A DNA stretch of 64,000 nt from an uncultured bacterium (GTDB taxonomy: Bacteria; Abyssobacteria; SURF-5): the NCBI GenBank assembly GCA_964607485.1, contig CAZSKP010000005.1, forward strand, positions 28,643 to 92,642, given 5' to 3'. The notes beneath the pieces are model-generated. The model saw only the letters and a program-made list of their open reading frames with translations, was not told the origin of the DNA and searched no databases. Shown here piece by piece: positions 29,111-37,393 of the stretch; position 1 is the first letter of the stretch; every line of letters begins with the position of its first letter. Made by a program: the position numbers and the translations under genes.

Positions 29111-29950
29111 CTAGCTTTCTGCCCGGAAATTCCGAACGAGGGTCAGCGTCCGGTCGGGTGCTTCCTCCCATAGGAAATGGCCGACTCCCGAGAGCATGTG
29201 CAAGTACGCGCCGGGAATCTCCGCCTCGAACCTGTGGGCCGCCGCCGGGGGCACATAGGGGTCGTTTTTGCCCCAGATAATCAGCGTCGGACACTCAAGG
29301 GTTCCGAGCTTTCCGTCGTACGGCCGGATTTTTTCGAAATCGCCCGAACGATAGAGTGCCAGCCTGGCCGAGCGGCGCTCGGGAGTGGCGAGACCCTTCC
29401 AGTATTCCCCGACCGCTTCGTCCGAGATCGTGGGACAGGCTGCCCTCATGCCTTGGCGGAACACCTCCGGCGTGAGCGCGTCCATCCATGCCTCTCCCTC
29501 GCCGGGCGTGCGCCATATTTTTGCGAGCGAATGCCATGCGCTGCTGTCCATATAGAAGAATCCCGTGTCGCTGACGACGAGCCTGCGTAGGCCCTGCAGG
29601 CGCGCGGGATGGTCGAACAACCACCGAAACCCTATTAGGCCGCCCCAGTCGTGCAGGACCAGGTCGAAGCCCCCGGTTCCTATCATCTGGGCGGCAAACT
29701 TCTCGACGAACTCCTCCATCTCCTCCCACGTGCCGTCTCGGTCGCCGAGTTCCGAATCGCCGTATCCCGGCAGGTCGGGCGCGATGACCCTTGCGACGTC
29801 CGCCAGCCCGCGACCGAGCGAACGCCACAGGAATGAGGAAGTGGGATTGCCGTGCAGGCAGAGGACGGTCGGCCTTGCTTCTCCACCCCACACTCGATAG
29901 GATGCACGTGCATCGTCAATGACCAAAGACATCAGCTCCGGCGCGGTCAT
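29111..29950 (-). CDS. Alpha/beta hydrolase, haloalkane dehalogenase-like
   Basis: LHGNPTSSFLWR; APDLPGYGDS; nucleophile elbow HDWGG; IIWGKND; GHFLWEE. Confidence 0.9.
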   Translation of the reverse strand: MTAPELMSLVIDDARASYRVWGGEARPTVLCLHGNPTSSFLWRSLGRGLADVARVIAPDLPGYGDSELGDRDGTWEEMEEFVEKFAAQMIGTGGFDLVLHDWGGLIGFRWLFDHPARLQGLRRLVVSDTGFFYMDSSAWHSLAKIWRTPGEGEAWMDALTPEVFRQGMRAACPTISDEAVGEYWKGLATPERRSARLALYRSGDFEKIRPYDGKLGTLECPTLIIWGKNDPYVPPAAAHRFEAEIPGAYLHMLSGVGHFLWEEAPDRTLTLVRNFRAES

Positions 29951-30248
29951 TCAATCCTCCTCTTGCGAGTTCGTAATGTCATGAAAAAATGATCGAGAGT
30001 CATTATATCACTCGCGGGAGAGGGTTGGCCACGTCGGGCGGTAGATGTCCCCATTACCACAGCTTCAGGGTAAACAACTTTAGAAAAAGTATTTTTCGAT
30101 TTTCTCCTTGCATTTTCATATTTGTTTTGGCATATTGAATTATTCCCGTTGGAAAGTTGTTTCTTTTGAGAAGGCTCTCGGAACGACGCCGGAGAGCATT
30201 CCGACTGTGATCTGAACGCGGGTGAAGGATTGGGAGGAGTTCGTCGTT

Positions 30249-30650
30249 ATGGAAATTCCAGTATTGGTCGTGGAGGACGATGCGATACAGCGACGACAAA
30301 TGGCGCGTGTGCTAATAGGACACGGCTACACAGTCGCGCTGGCCTCATCGGGAGATGAGGCGATTCGGATGCTTGGCGAACAGCAAATATCCATCGTGCT
30401 GACCGACAGAAAGATGCCCGGCACCGACGGTTTGGAGCTGATTAAACACATAAAGAGCACTTATCCTGAAATCCTTGTCGCAATGGTCACCGCTTATCCG
30501 GATGGGGTGGAGGAAGACGCGCTCGACGCTCTTCTCACCAAGCCGTTCAGGGGGCAAGAGCTGACCGACTTGGTCGAATATTTGGTGGCCAAACAGAGCG
30601 CTCAAAATGCAACTTCGCTTCCCCGACGCGAAGAGATTTATCCTGACTGA
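30249..30650 (+). CDS. Single-domain response regulator
   Basis: LVVEDD; LTDRKMPGTDG; MVTAY; LTKPF. Confidence 0.88.
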   Translation: MEIPVLVVEDDAIQRRQMARVLIGHGYTVALASSGDEAIRMLGEQQISIVLTDRKMPGTDGLELIKHIKSTYPEILVAMVTAYPDGVEEDALDALLTKPFRGQELTDLVEYLVAKQSAQNATSLPRREEIYPD

Positions 30651-30653
30651 CAC

Positions 30654-30683
30654 AAAAAGGGGCGGCTCATGGAACCGCCCCCT
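30654..30683 (-). terminator. Intrinsic terminator for the aminotransferase
   Basis: A5 then GGGGCGG-N9-CCGCCCC on + (hairpin plus U-run on -), between convergent genes. Confidence 0.6.
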
Positions 30684-30707
30684 CGAAAGTCTCCTTCCCG
30701 TTTTTTT

Positions 30708-32078
30708 CTACAGCATCTCCTTTTCCATCTGGGCTATTGAAGAGTCGATGGCATCGACGATGGTGTCTATCTCTTCCTTTGTTATTGACAAAGGCGGCGC
30801 GACGGCGATGTTTTCCATCATCGCCCTGGCATAGACGCCCTTTTCCCAGATGAGTTCCTCGATTCGATGCGTGCTCTCCATCGGGAACATGCCTATCTGC
30901 TCTTTCGTCTCCCTGTCCTTCACTATCTCGATCGCGGCCATCAGCCCTAACGAGCGGATGTCGCCGACCGACTTATGGTCGTATAGTCCCTTCAGACGGT
31001 CCTGCAGGTAGCCGCCCATCTCGGCGGCGTTCTCAACGAGTTTCTCATCCTCGATGATTTTCAGGTTCGCCAGTCCCGCAGCACAGCCGACGGGGTGGTT
31101 GTTGTACGTGAACCCGTGGAGGAACGGGAGGAAATCCGGCAGGTTGTTCTTGATGGTTTCGAAAATTTCGTTGCTTGCGATGGCTCCGCCGAGTGGGAAA
31201 TAGCCGCTCGTGATTCCCTTGGCTATCGATACGAGGTCGGGCCTCACATCCCAATTCATGCATCCGAACATCTTGCCCGTGCGCCCGAAGCCCGTTATGA
31301 CCTCGTCGGCGAGGAACAGGACATCGTATTTGTCGCAGATTTCGCGAATCATCGGCCAGTACTCGTCGGGTGGAATTATCACCCCACCCGTGCCCATGGC
31401 GGGTTCTCCTATGAACGCGGCGACGGTGTCGGGACCCTCCCTGAGGATTGCCTCCTCAAGCTGTTTGGCGCAGGCGACGCCGCATTCGGGATAGGTGAGC
31501 GCGAGCTCGCATCTGTAGCAATAGGGCGCCATGATGTGCACGAAGCCGGGCGGGAGCGGGTCGAAGTTCATCTTGAAAAACTCTATGCCCGTCGCCGTCA
31601 ATGCGCCGAATGTGACGCCGTGATAGGCGAGGTTGCGCGAGATGATCTTCTTCTTTTCGTCCTTCCCCTTGGCCGCCCAGTACAGGCGGGCGAGCTTCAT
31701 GTTCGTGTCGTTCGTCTCCGAGCCGCCGCACGTGAACATGACGTGTCCCATGTTCCATTCTTTCGGCATGAGGCTCACGACCTTGGCCGCAAGCTCGATT
31801 GCCGGCGGAGTTGAGAAGCCGAAGAAAGGCGAATAGTATTCGATCTTCTTCAACTGTTTGCTGATCGCGCTCGCGACCGGCTTGCGTCCGTGTCCTATCA
31901 CGACGTTCCACAGGCTCGAGAACGCGTCGATATACTCTTTCCCGTCTATGTCCGTCACGCGCGAACCGTTCCCCTCGACGATGATGCGCGCACCATTTTG
32001 CTCGTGCTCCTTGAGCTGGACAACGGGATGAAACATATACTTCGAATCCAACTCCCTCAGTTTCTTTTTCGACTTCAT
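30708..32078 (-). CDS. Class III PLP aminotransferase (omega-amino acid/polyamine type)
   Basis: SSLWNVVIGHG; AYHG; FLADEVITGFGRTG; PLP lysine in DLVSIAKGITSGYFPLG; HGFTYNNHP. Confidence 0.93.
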   Translation of the reverse strand: MKSKKKLRELDSKYMFHPVVQLKEHEQNGARIIVEGNGSRVTDIDGKEYIDAFSSLWNVVIGHGRKPVASAISKQLKKIEYYSPFFGFSTPPAIELAAKVVSLMPKEWNMGHVMFTCGGSETNDTNMKLARLYWAAKGKDEKKKIISRNLAYHGVTFGALTATGIEFFKMNFDPLPPGFVHIMAPYCYRCELALTYPECGVACAKQLEEAILREGPDTVAAFIGEPAMGTGGVIIPPDEYWPMIREICDKYDVLFLADEVITGFGRTGKMFGCMNWDVRPDLVSIAKGITSGYFPLGGAIASNEIFETIKNNLPDFLPFLHGFTYNNHPVGCAAGLANLKIIEDEKLVENAAEMGGYLQDRLKGLYDHKSVGDIRSLGLMAAIEIVKDRETKEQIGMFPMESTHRIEELIWEKGVYARAMMENIAVAPPLSITKEEIDTIVDAIDSSIAQMEKEML

Positions 32079-32234
32079 GTCAGTGCTCCTCCTCAATACT
32101 TCACCCGGTTGAAACGCTTAAGCTGCTTCCCTACACTCTAATTCACCATAATATCCTCTCCCCCCGCAAAAAGAAAGATTCTTTTTTTCCATGCGCCGGC
32201 CAAACTCCCCCGAAGAGGCATGAAAAGGACGGAT

Positions 32235-32843
32235 TCACACTCCCTCTCGGGGCTCGGTGAGATATTTTACCACGGTGTCCTCGATCAGCTTTTGCACCTC
32301 GGACCGCTTCAAAGCCTTTGGCTCTATCACCCACTGAAGCGCCATTCCCTCGACCAGCGCGACCATCAGCGAGGCTGCCTCTCCGCTGTCGCGTCGGGCG
32401 AACTCGCTGTTTTCTATTCCATCTCTCACGACTTCGGCTATGTGGTCGCGATATACCCGAAGCTGTTTTCTCAAAGCCCTGCGGACGGTCTCGCGCTCGA
32501 ACGCCATTTGCACGAGGTTGTAAAAGACCCGGTTCAGGCGCTGGTTGAATATGAACTGGTCCACGAGGAAATCGAGCGCCACTTGAAGCTTTTCCGAGGC
32601 CGACTGGAGTGGCCCGATGCGCTCGAGCAGCATGTGCTCGTATCGGGTGATAATCGCGTCGGCCATCTCCGACACGATCTCGTCCTTGCTTTTGAAGTAG
32701 TAGTGGATTACGCCGTAGTGCAGGTTTGCCCGTTCGGCAATGTCCTTGACGGTGACCGTTTCGTGCCCGTTGTCGGCGAGGCAGTCGAAGAGCGCCTGGG
32801 CGATCTGTTCGCGCCGTTGGGGAGCTATGACTTTTCTAGGCAT
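32235..32843 (-). CDS. TetR/AcrR-family regulator (BetI-like C-terminus)
   Basis: RREQIAQA...GHETVTVKDIAERANLHYGVIHYYFKSKDEI. Confidence 0.92.
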   Translation of the reverse strand: MPRKVIAPQRREQIAQALFDCLADNGHETVTVKDIAERANLHYGVIHYYFKSKDEIVSEMADAIITRYEHMLLERIGPLQSASEKLQVALDFLVDQFIFNQRLNRVFYNLVQMAFERETVRRALRKQLRVYRDHIAEVVRDGIENSEFARRDSGEAASLMVALVEGMALQWVIEPKALKRSEVQKLIEDTVVKYLTEPREGV

Positions 32844-32859
32844 AGTCTCTGGAAGGATT

Positions 32860-32883
32860 ATTAAGTTAGTTGACTGACTTAAT
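32860..32883. promoter_or_regulatory. Probable TetR operator (imperfect 24-bp palindrome)
   Basis: ATTAAGTTAGT-TG-ACTGACTTAAT, 17-40 bp upstream of the tetR start. Confidence 0.6.
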
Positions 32884-32963
32884 TATACCAGCGGCCTCTC
32901 ACTCTGTCAAGAGGTTTTTCGCCCTCGCCGCAGGGGCGCGAAACGGCGAAGTTGACCGTGCCG

Positions 32964-32993
32964 TTGACGCCCTCTATGGGTGCATGATAGAAT
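32964..32993 (+). promoter_or_regulatory. sigma70 promoter for the DUF2148 pair
   Basis: TTGACG-N18-TAGAAT with extended -10 TG. Confidence 0.55.
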
Positions 32994-33214
32994 GCGGCAC
33001 GGTGTGGCGGCATCGGAAGGCCGCGCCCGGAGTTCCCTTCTTGTCTCCCAAAACACGGTGGTTCCGTGCTCACATTGTTCTCTTGGTTTTTCCCGGACAG
33101 AGAAGCCGATTCGAGGTTTGAGGAGGTGATATCAGAGCAGGTGTTGGGATGAATGGTCTCCCGAGGAACGTGCAAAGGAGCGTCGTTTAACCTTTATAGT
33201 AAAGGAGATTGCAG

Positions 33215-33991
33215 ATGCCGGATATCTACATTGAGGAATGGCCGCCACACGCGCCCAACGACCAGGCCCGGCAGGAGACCGTCGTGACGGCCGCCCGAAT
33301 GATGGCGAATGCGGCCATCACCGCGCCAAGCCAGGGCGGCGTGCAGATGGCCGAATGCCACATCGTGTACGGCGCGGCCGAGCTGGACAAGGTTGCGCGA
33401 AAGATGGAGGAGCTGGCCAGGCTCAGGCCCAAGAACAACCGGTGGAAAAGGATGTTTAAGTACGAGGCGGCCATGGTGCGCGACAGCGACGCCATCCTGT
33501 TCATCGGCGCGCTGGCCGCGTTTCAGCCGTTCGACACGGGTTGTGGCTACTGCGGCGGAAGCGAGGGATGCCAGTTCACCTACAAGCGGCGCAATGCCCG
33601 TTACGGCGTCCTGGACCTAACGGAGACGCTGCATCCCGACTGGCTCGTCGATGGCCCCATGTGCTCGATGAATGTCTTCGGGATGGGCTGGGCGGTGGGC
33701 TCTGCGCTGATACTCGCCGGTCGTCTGTTTGTCGATGCGCGCCCGATGATGTCGGTCGGAGTGGCCGGCCAGAAGCTTGGCTACTGTCCCAAGTCGCCGA
33801 TTGTCGTGGGAGTTCCCGTTGCAGGGAAGGCGAAAAGCCCGTTCGTTGACATACTGCCCGACTATCACATGCACAACCTGTCGCGGGTGGTGGATTCGCT
33901 CCGCAACAAGTATGTGATTTCGCGGATGGTGAACTGGCTGCCTTACCGCACCTGGGATCCGCTGAATCCCGACCAGGAAAAGGAGGACTGA
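33215..33991 (+). CDS. DUF2148-like ferredoxin-domain protein, paralogue 1
   Basis: AARMMANAAITAP; CGYCGGSEGC; GPMC; VDARPMMSVG; ATG with AAAGGAG SD. Confidence 0.75.
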   Translation: MPDIYIEEWPPHAPNDQARQETVVTAARMMANAAITAPSQGGVQMAECHIVYGAAELDKVARKMEELARLRPKNNRWKRMFKYEAAMVRDSDAILFIGALAAFQPFDTGCGYCGGSEGCQFTYKRRNARYGVLDLTETLHPDWLVDGPMCSMNVFGMGWAVGSALILAGRLFVDARPMMSVGVAGQKLGYCPKSPIVVGVPVAGKAKSPFVDILPDYHMHNLSRVVDSLRNKYVISRMVNWLPYRTWDPLNPDQEKED

Positions 33992-33994
33992 GAC

Positions 33995-34870
33995 ATGGCG
34001 TATCATGACGGAAAAAAGCTGGCCAATGAGGGGCTTCTGTCCGCGGCTCAACTGTGCGCCATGGCGGCCCTCAAGGCTCCGCAGATAACGGGCACGACGG
34101 AGATAAAGGTGGAGATACTCACGGGAGAGGACCTTGACCCGCTCATCGAGGTGCTCGGAATCCTGGGAGAGGACAACACCGTTTGTTTCGGCGACAACAA
34201 GACTCTGCAGGCGTGCAAGGATAAGGGCACGCTGCCAGTCGTGATGCTAATGGGAGGAACCGGGCTCGGAAACTCGGGGCTCGACTGGGACTGCGGCGCC
34301 TGCGGCTTCGCGACATGCAAGGAGCACGACGCGTACGTGGAAAAGGAGCGCGAGAAGTCACCGGATTTCACCCGGCCGAGCGCATTCGGTACGCCCGGAC
34401 CCGTATGCGTGTGGAAGGCCATCGACACGGGAATGGCCATGGACTGGGCCTGCGCGGCCGCGGCTCGGAACAACGTGGAAAACCGGGCGATGGCCTCCGT
34501 CGGCGTCATCTCACAGGCCCTCGGCTACCTTGCCAACTGCGAGATCGCCATCGGCCTCTGTCTCGGACCATGCGAACCCGAGGTGTACTACAACCGCCCG
34601 TCGCTCAAGGACATGTATGACAAGGACCTGGTCGTGACCTTCATGATGCGCGCTTTTCCGACCCACTTCATGGGATTCCCCGGGGCCGGCGACCCTCGCA
34701 TCAAACATTCCGACGACTGGGAGACCGACCCGCGCTACGTTCGCGTATCGAAGCGGGAAGAGGTGGACCAGGAGAAGAAAGAGGCCGGCATGGCCCGCGT
34801 CATGCAGCTCGTGATGGAAACACGCCAGAAGATCGCGGAACGCGCCGCCGCCGAAGCGGAAAAGCAGTAA
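33995..34870 (+). CDS. DUF2148-like ferredoxin-domain protein, paralogue 2
   Basis: AAQLCAMAALKAP; DCGACGFATC; GPVC; VENRAMASVG; starts 3 nt after paralogue 1. Confidence 0.75.
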   Translation: MAYHDGKKLANEGLLSAAQLCAMAALKAPQITGTTEIKVEILTGEDLDPLIEVLGILGEDNTVCFGDNKTLQACKDKGTLPVVMLMGGTGLGNSGLDWDCGACGFATCKEHDAYVEKEREKSPDFTRPSAFGTPGPVCVWKAIDTGMAMDWACAAAARNNVENRAMASVGVISQALGYLANCEIAIGLCLGPCEPEVYYNRPSLKDMYDKDLVVTFMMRAFPTHFMGFPGAGDPRIKHSDDWETDPRYVRVSKREEVDQEKKEAGMARVMQLVMETRQKIAERAAAEAEKQ

Positions 34871-34905
34871 AGAGCGTCTTAGCGGAACATTCAGAGCTAT
34901 CTTGG

Positions 34906-34955
34906 AAAAGGCGAGGCCGTGCGCGGAGGGGGAGCCCCGCCGCGCGCGGCCTTTT
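34906..34955. terminator. Bidirectional terminator-like hairpin
   Basis: AAAAG...AGGCCGTGCGCGG-N13-CCGCGCGCGGCCT-TTT between convergent genes. Confidence 0.6.
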
Positions 34956-34966
34956 CGCTGAATGGG

Positions 34967-36544
34967 TCAGGCGTTCTTCCTGAGCGCCATGCCTGGCAGC
35001 TTCCCCGTGTACTCGCCCTTCTCTATCACCGATTCTCCATTGACGAGGACGTACTCGACTCCCTTTGGGTATTCGGACGGAGATTTGACGTCGGCGAGCG
35101 AATCGAGTTTCTCCGGGTCAAAGATTGTGATGTCGGCGCACGCTCCCGCTCCGATATAGCCTCTCTGCTTTATTCCGTATCGCTTCGCGGGGAGCGACGT
35201 GAGCTTCCTAACGGCTTCCGGCAGGCTGAACAGGTGCTTCTCATAGACAAACGTTCGGAGGAATTCGATGAATGCGCCGAAGGTGCGGGGGTGAACGACG
35301 GACTTTCTGAAGTAAATGGGAATTCCTGTCGGGAAGGAGTCCGAGGCGACGACCGAATCTCCGACTTTTGCGATTTCCTCCATGTTCGGCTTGCTGATGC
35401 ATTCGTAGTAAACGAACCTTTCGAGCCCCTCTTCGAGCGCGATGTCCATCAAAACCGAGAACGGAGTAGTCTTCTCGGCCTCGGCGATTCTGCAAAGGTT
35501 TCCCGTGCGCGGCTTGCCGCGCTCTTTGCCGGAGCGACTGGGCACGGTCACCGCTCGATAGGCGTTTTTCTTGGGAAATGAGTACGACATGTGTTCCTCG
35601 AGCCGCTCCCGGAGACTGCCCTTCGAGCCGACCGTTGCGAGACGCGTTCCCCCGTTGGACACTACCCATGTGGGGAAGATCACCTTCAGGGGTGCGCACA
35701 CGTAGGCGTAGGGGAAGAAGTCCGCGCTCACGTTCACTCCCGCCGCGCGCATTTTGTGAATGAGTTTCAGCGCCTGCTCCTGTTTATGCCAGTTCATCCG
35801 GTCGAGCACTTTGAAGTGGGAGATTTCCAGCGGGACCTTGCTCTTGATTCCCACCAGAATAGCCTCTGAGAGAGCGTTAAGGATATCGCTCGACTCGCTT
35901 CGCAGATGGGCTGAAAACAATCCCCCCTTTCGCGCAACTACCCTGGTCAGCTCTACCAGTTCATTTGACGTATCGATGGAAGCCGGGAAGAGATTCATTC
36001 CGCTCGACAGCCCGAATGCGCCTTCTTCCATCGCCTTGGCCACCGTGCGTTTCATTGTCGCGAGCTGGCCGCGCGAGGCTGTCTCTTGGTCGGCGACGCC
36101 CGCCGACCGACGCACGCAGTTATGCCCCAGCATGCTTCCGTAGTTGAGCGCGGTGCCTCGCGCCTGTATCCTATTCAGAAACTCATCGAACGAGCGCCAA
36201 TCGAACTCGGTGTCCTTTCCGGCGATATAGAACTGATTCGAGCTCGACCAGGGAAACGCCGAGCTGCCGCAGTTGCCGCCTATCTCCGTGGTGATTCCCT
36301 GCAGCAGCTTGTTCTTCATTATCGGGTCGAGCAGCAGAAATTGATCGGAGTGGGAATGCACGTCGATGAATCCGGGAGCGACGATCATGTCGGACGCGTC
36401 GATGACCCTTCGGGCGGTCATCTTTGCGTTCCTGTCGGCGACACAGCCGATTCTCCCGTCCCGGATACCGATCTTACCGGGCGCAAGCTGATTTGAGATG
36501 CCGTCTGCTATCCACCCATTCTCGATAAGCGTGTCGTAAGTCAT
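34967..36544 (-). CDS. N-acyl-D-amino-acid deacylase (amidohydrolase)
   Basis: PGFIDVHSHSD; GNCG; AHLRSE; ISHFK; ASDS; HPRTFGAF; GACADITIFDP. Confidence 0.9.
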   Translation of the reverse strand: MTYDTLIENGWIADGISNQLAPGKIGIRDGRIGCVADRNAKMTARRVIDASDMIVAPGFIDVHSHSDQFLLLDPIMKNKLLQGITTEIGGNCGSSAFPWSSSNQFYIAGKDTEFDWRSFDEFLNRIQARGTALNYGSMLGHNCVRRSAGVADQETASRGQLATMKRTVAKAMEEGAFGLSSGMNLFPASIDTSNELVELTRVVARKGGLFSAHLRSESSDILNALSEAILVGIKSKVPLEISHFKVLDRMNWHKQEQALKLIHKMRAAGVNVSADFFPYAYVCAPLKVIFPTWVVSNGGTRLATVGSKGSLRERLEEHMSYSFPKKNAYRAVTVPSRSGKERGKPRTGNLCRIAEAEKTTPFSVLMDIALEEGLERFVYYECISKPNMEEIAKVGDSVVASDSFPTGIPIYFRKSVVHPRTFGAFIEFLRTFVYEKHLFSLPEAVRKLTSLPAKRYGIKQRGYIGAGACADITIFDPEKLDSLADVKSPSEYPKGVEYVLVNGESVIEKGEYTGKLPGMALRKNA

Positions 36545-36747
36545 CCCTTCTCTCCCTCCCGTTGCCGCCGGACCCAAAGGACTTGCAAAGACCAGCCGGT
36601 TCGCGTGCCACCATTATATTACAGAATAGCAATATGTTGTATGTAGGTAATTAATGGATTCTCATGTAGGAAAAGGCTGACAAACCGCAAATTTTATCGC
36701 TTGAAAAAGAATGTGGGAGGATAGACTGGGAGGGGACTGGTACCGGA

Positions 36748-37383
36748 TCATTCGAGCAGCCGTTTTTCCAGGGCATACCGAATCAGGTCGGCGGTCGTGC
36801 GAAAGTTGAGTTTGTTCAGCAGGCGGCTGCGGTACGTGCTGACCGTCTTTTCGCTTATCCCCAAGGTCTTGGCCGTTTCCTTCAGGCTGTGGCCTGCTCC
36901 GAGATGCCTGAGAACCTGGAACTCTCTGCTGGAGAGCGATTCGAGCCGGTCGGTGTCTCTTCTTTTTCGGCGATACTGCACGGCCAGCTTTTCGGAAATC
37001 TGCGGGCATATATAGATCCTTCCTGCAAGGACAGCCTGAATGGCTGTGAGCAGGTCCGTCGATGCCGACTCCTTTCGGAGAAAGCCATGTGCGCCGGCTT
37101 CAAGCATTCGGACTGCATATTGATAGTTGTCATGCATGGTGAGCACGAGTATTTTCGCTTCCGGCACGAGCGTTCTGAGAGAGCGCGCGCAGTCGAACCC
37201 GTCCATATCAGGCATGGAGATGTCGAGTATGACGACGTCGGGATGAGTTTTCCGGGCCGCTTCGAGGGCCGTCAGGCCGTTCTCGGCTTCTCCGACGACC
37301 TTCATGGCGGTTTCGGCTTCGATGATCCGCCGCAGCCCGTCTCGAATGATTCCGTGGTCGTCGACCAGCAACACTTTGACCAT
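36748..37383 (-). CDS. NarL/LuxR-family response regulator
   Basis: VLLVDDH; LDISMP; LSSREFQVL...KTVSTYRSRLLNKL. Confidence 0.94.
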   Translation of the reverse strand: MVKVLLVDDHGIIRDGLRRIIEAETAMKVVGEAENGLTALEAARKTHPDVVILDISMPDMDGFDCARSLRTLVPEAKILVLTMHDNYQYAVRMLEAGAHGFLRKESASTDLLTAIQAVLAGRIYICPQISEKLAVQYRRKRRDTDRLESLSSREFQVLRHLGAGHSLKETAKTLGISEKTVSTYRSRLLNKLNFRTTADLIRYALEKRLLE

Positions 37384-37393
37384 GTTTGCTCCC

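Noticed and set aside
30137-30160. Possible sigma54 promoter (TTGGCATATTGAATT)
   Set aside because: Has the -24 GG but no GC at -12
33119-33190. Strong SD-like GAGGAGGTGAT and a 13-codon ORF in the DUF2148 leader
   Set aside because: No start codon at usable spacing from the SD; the small ORF has no supporting features
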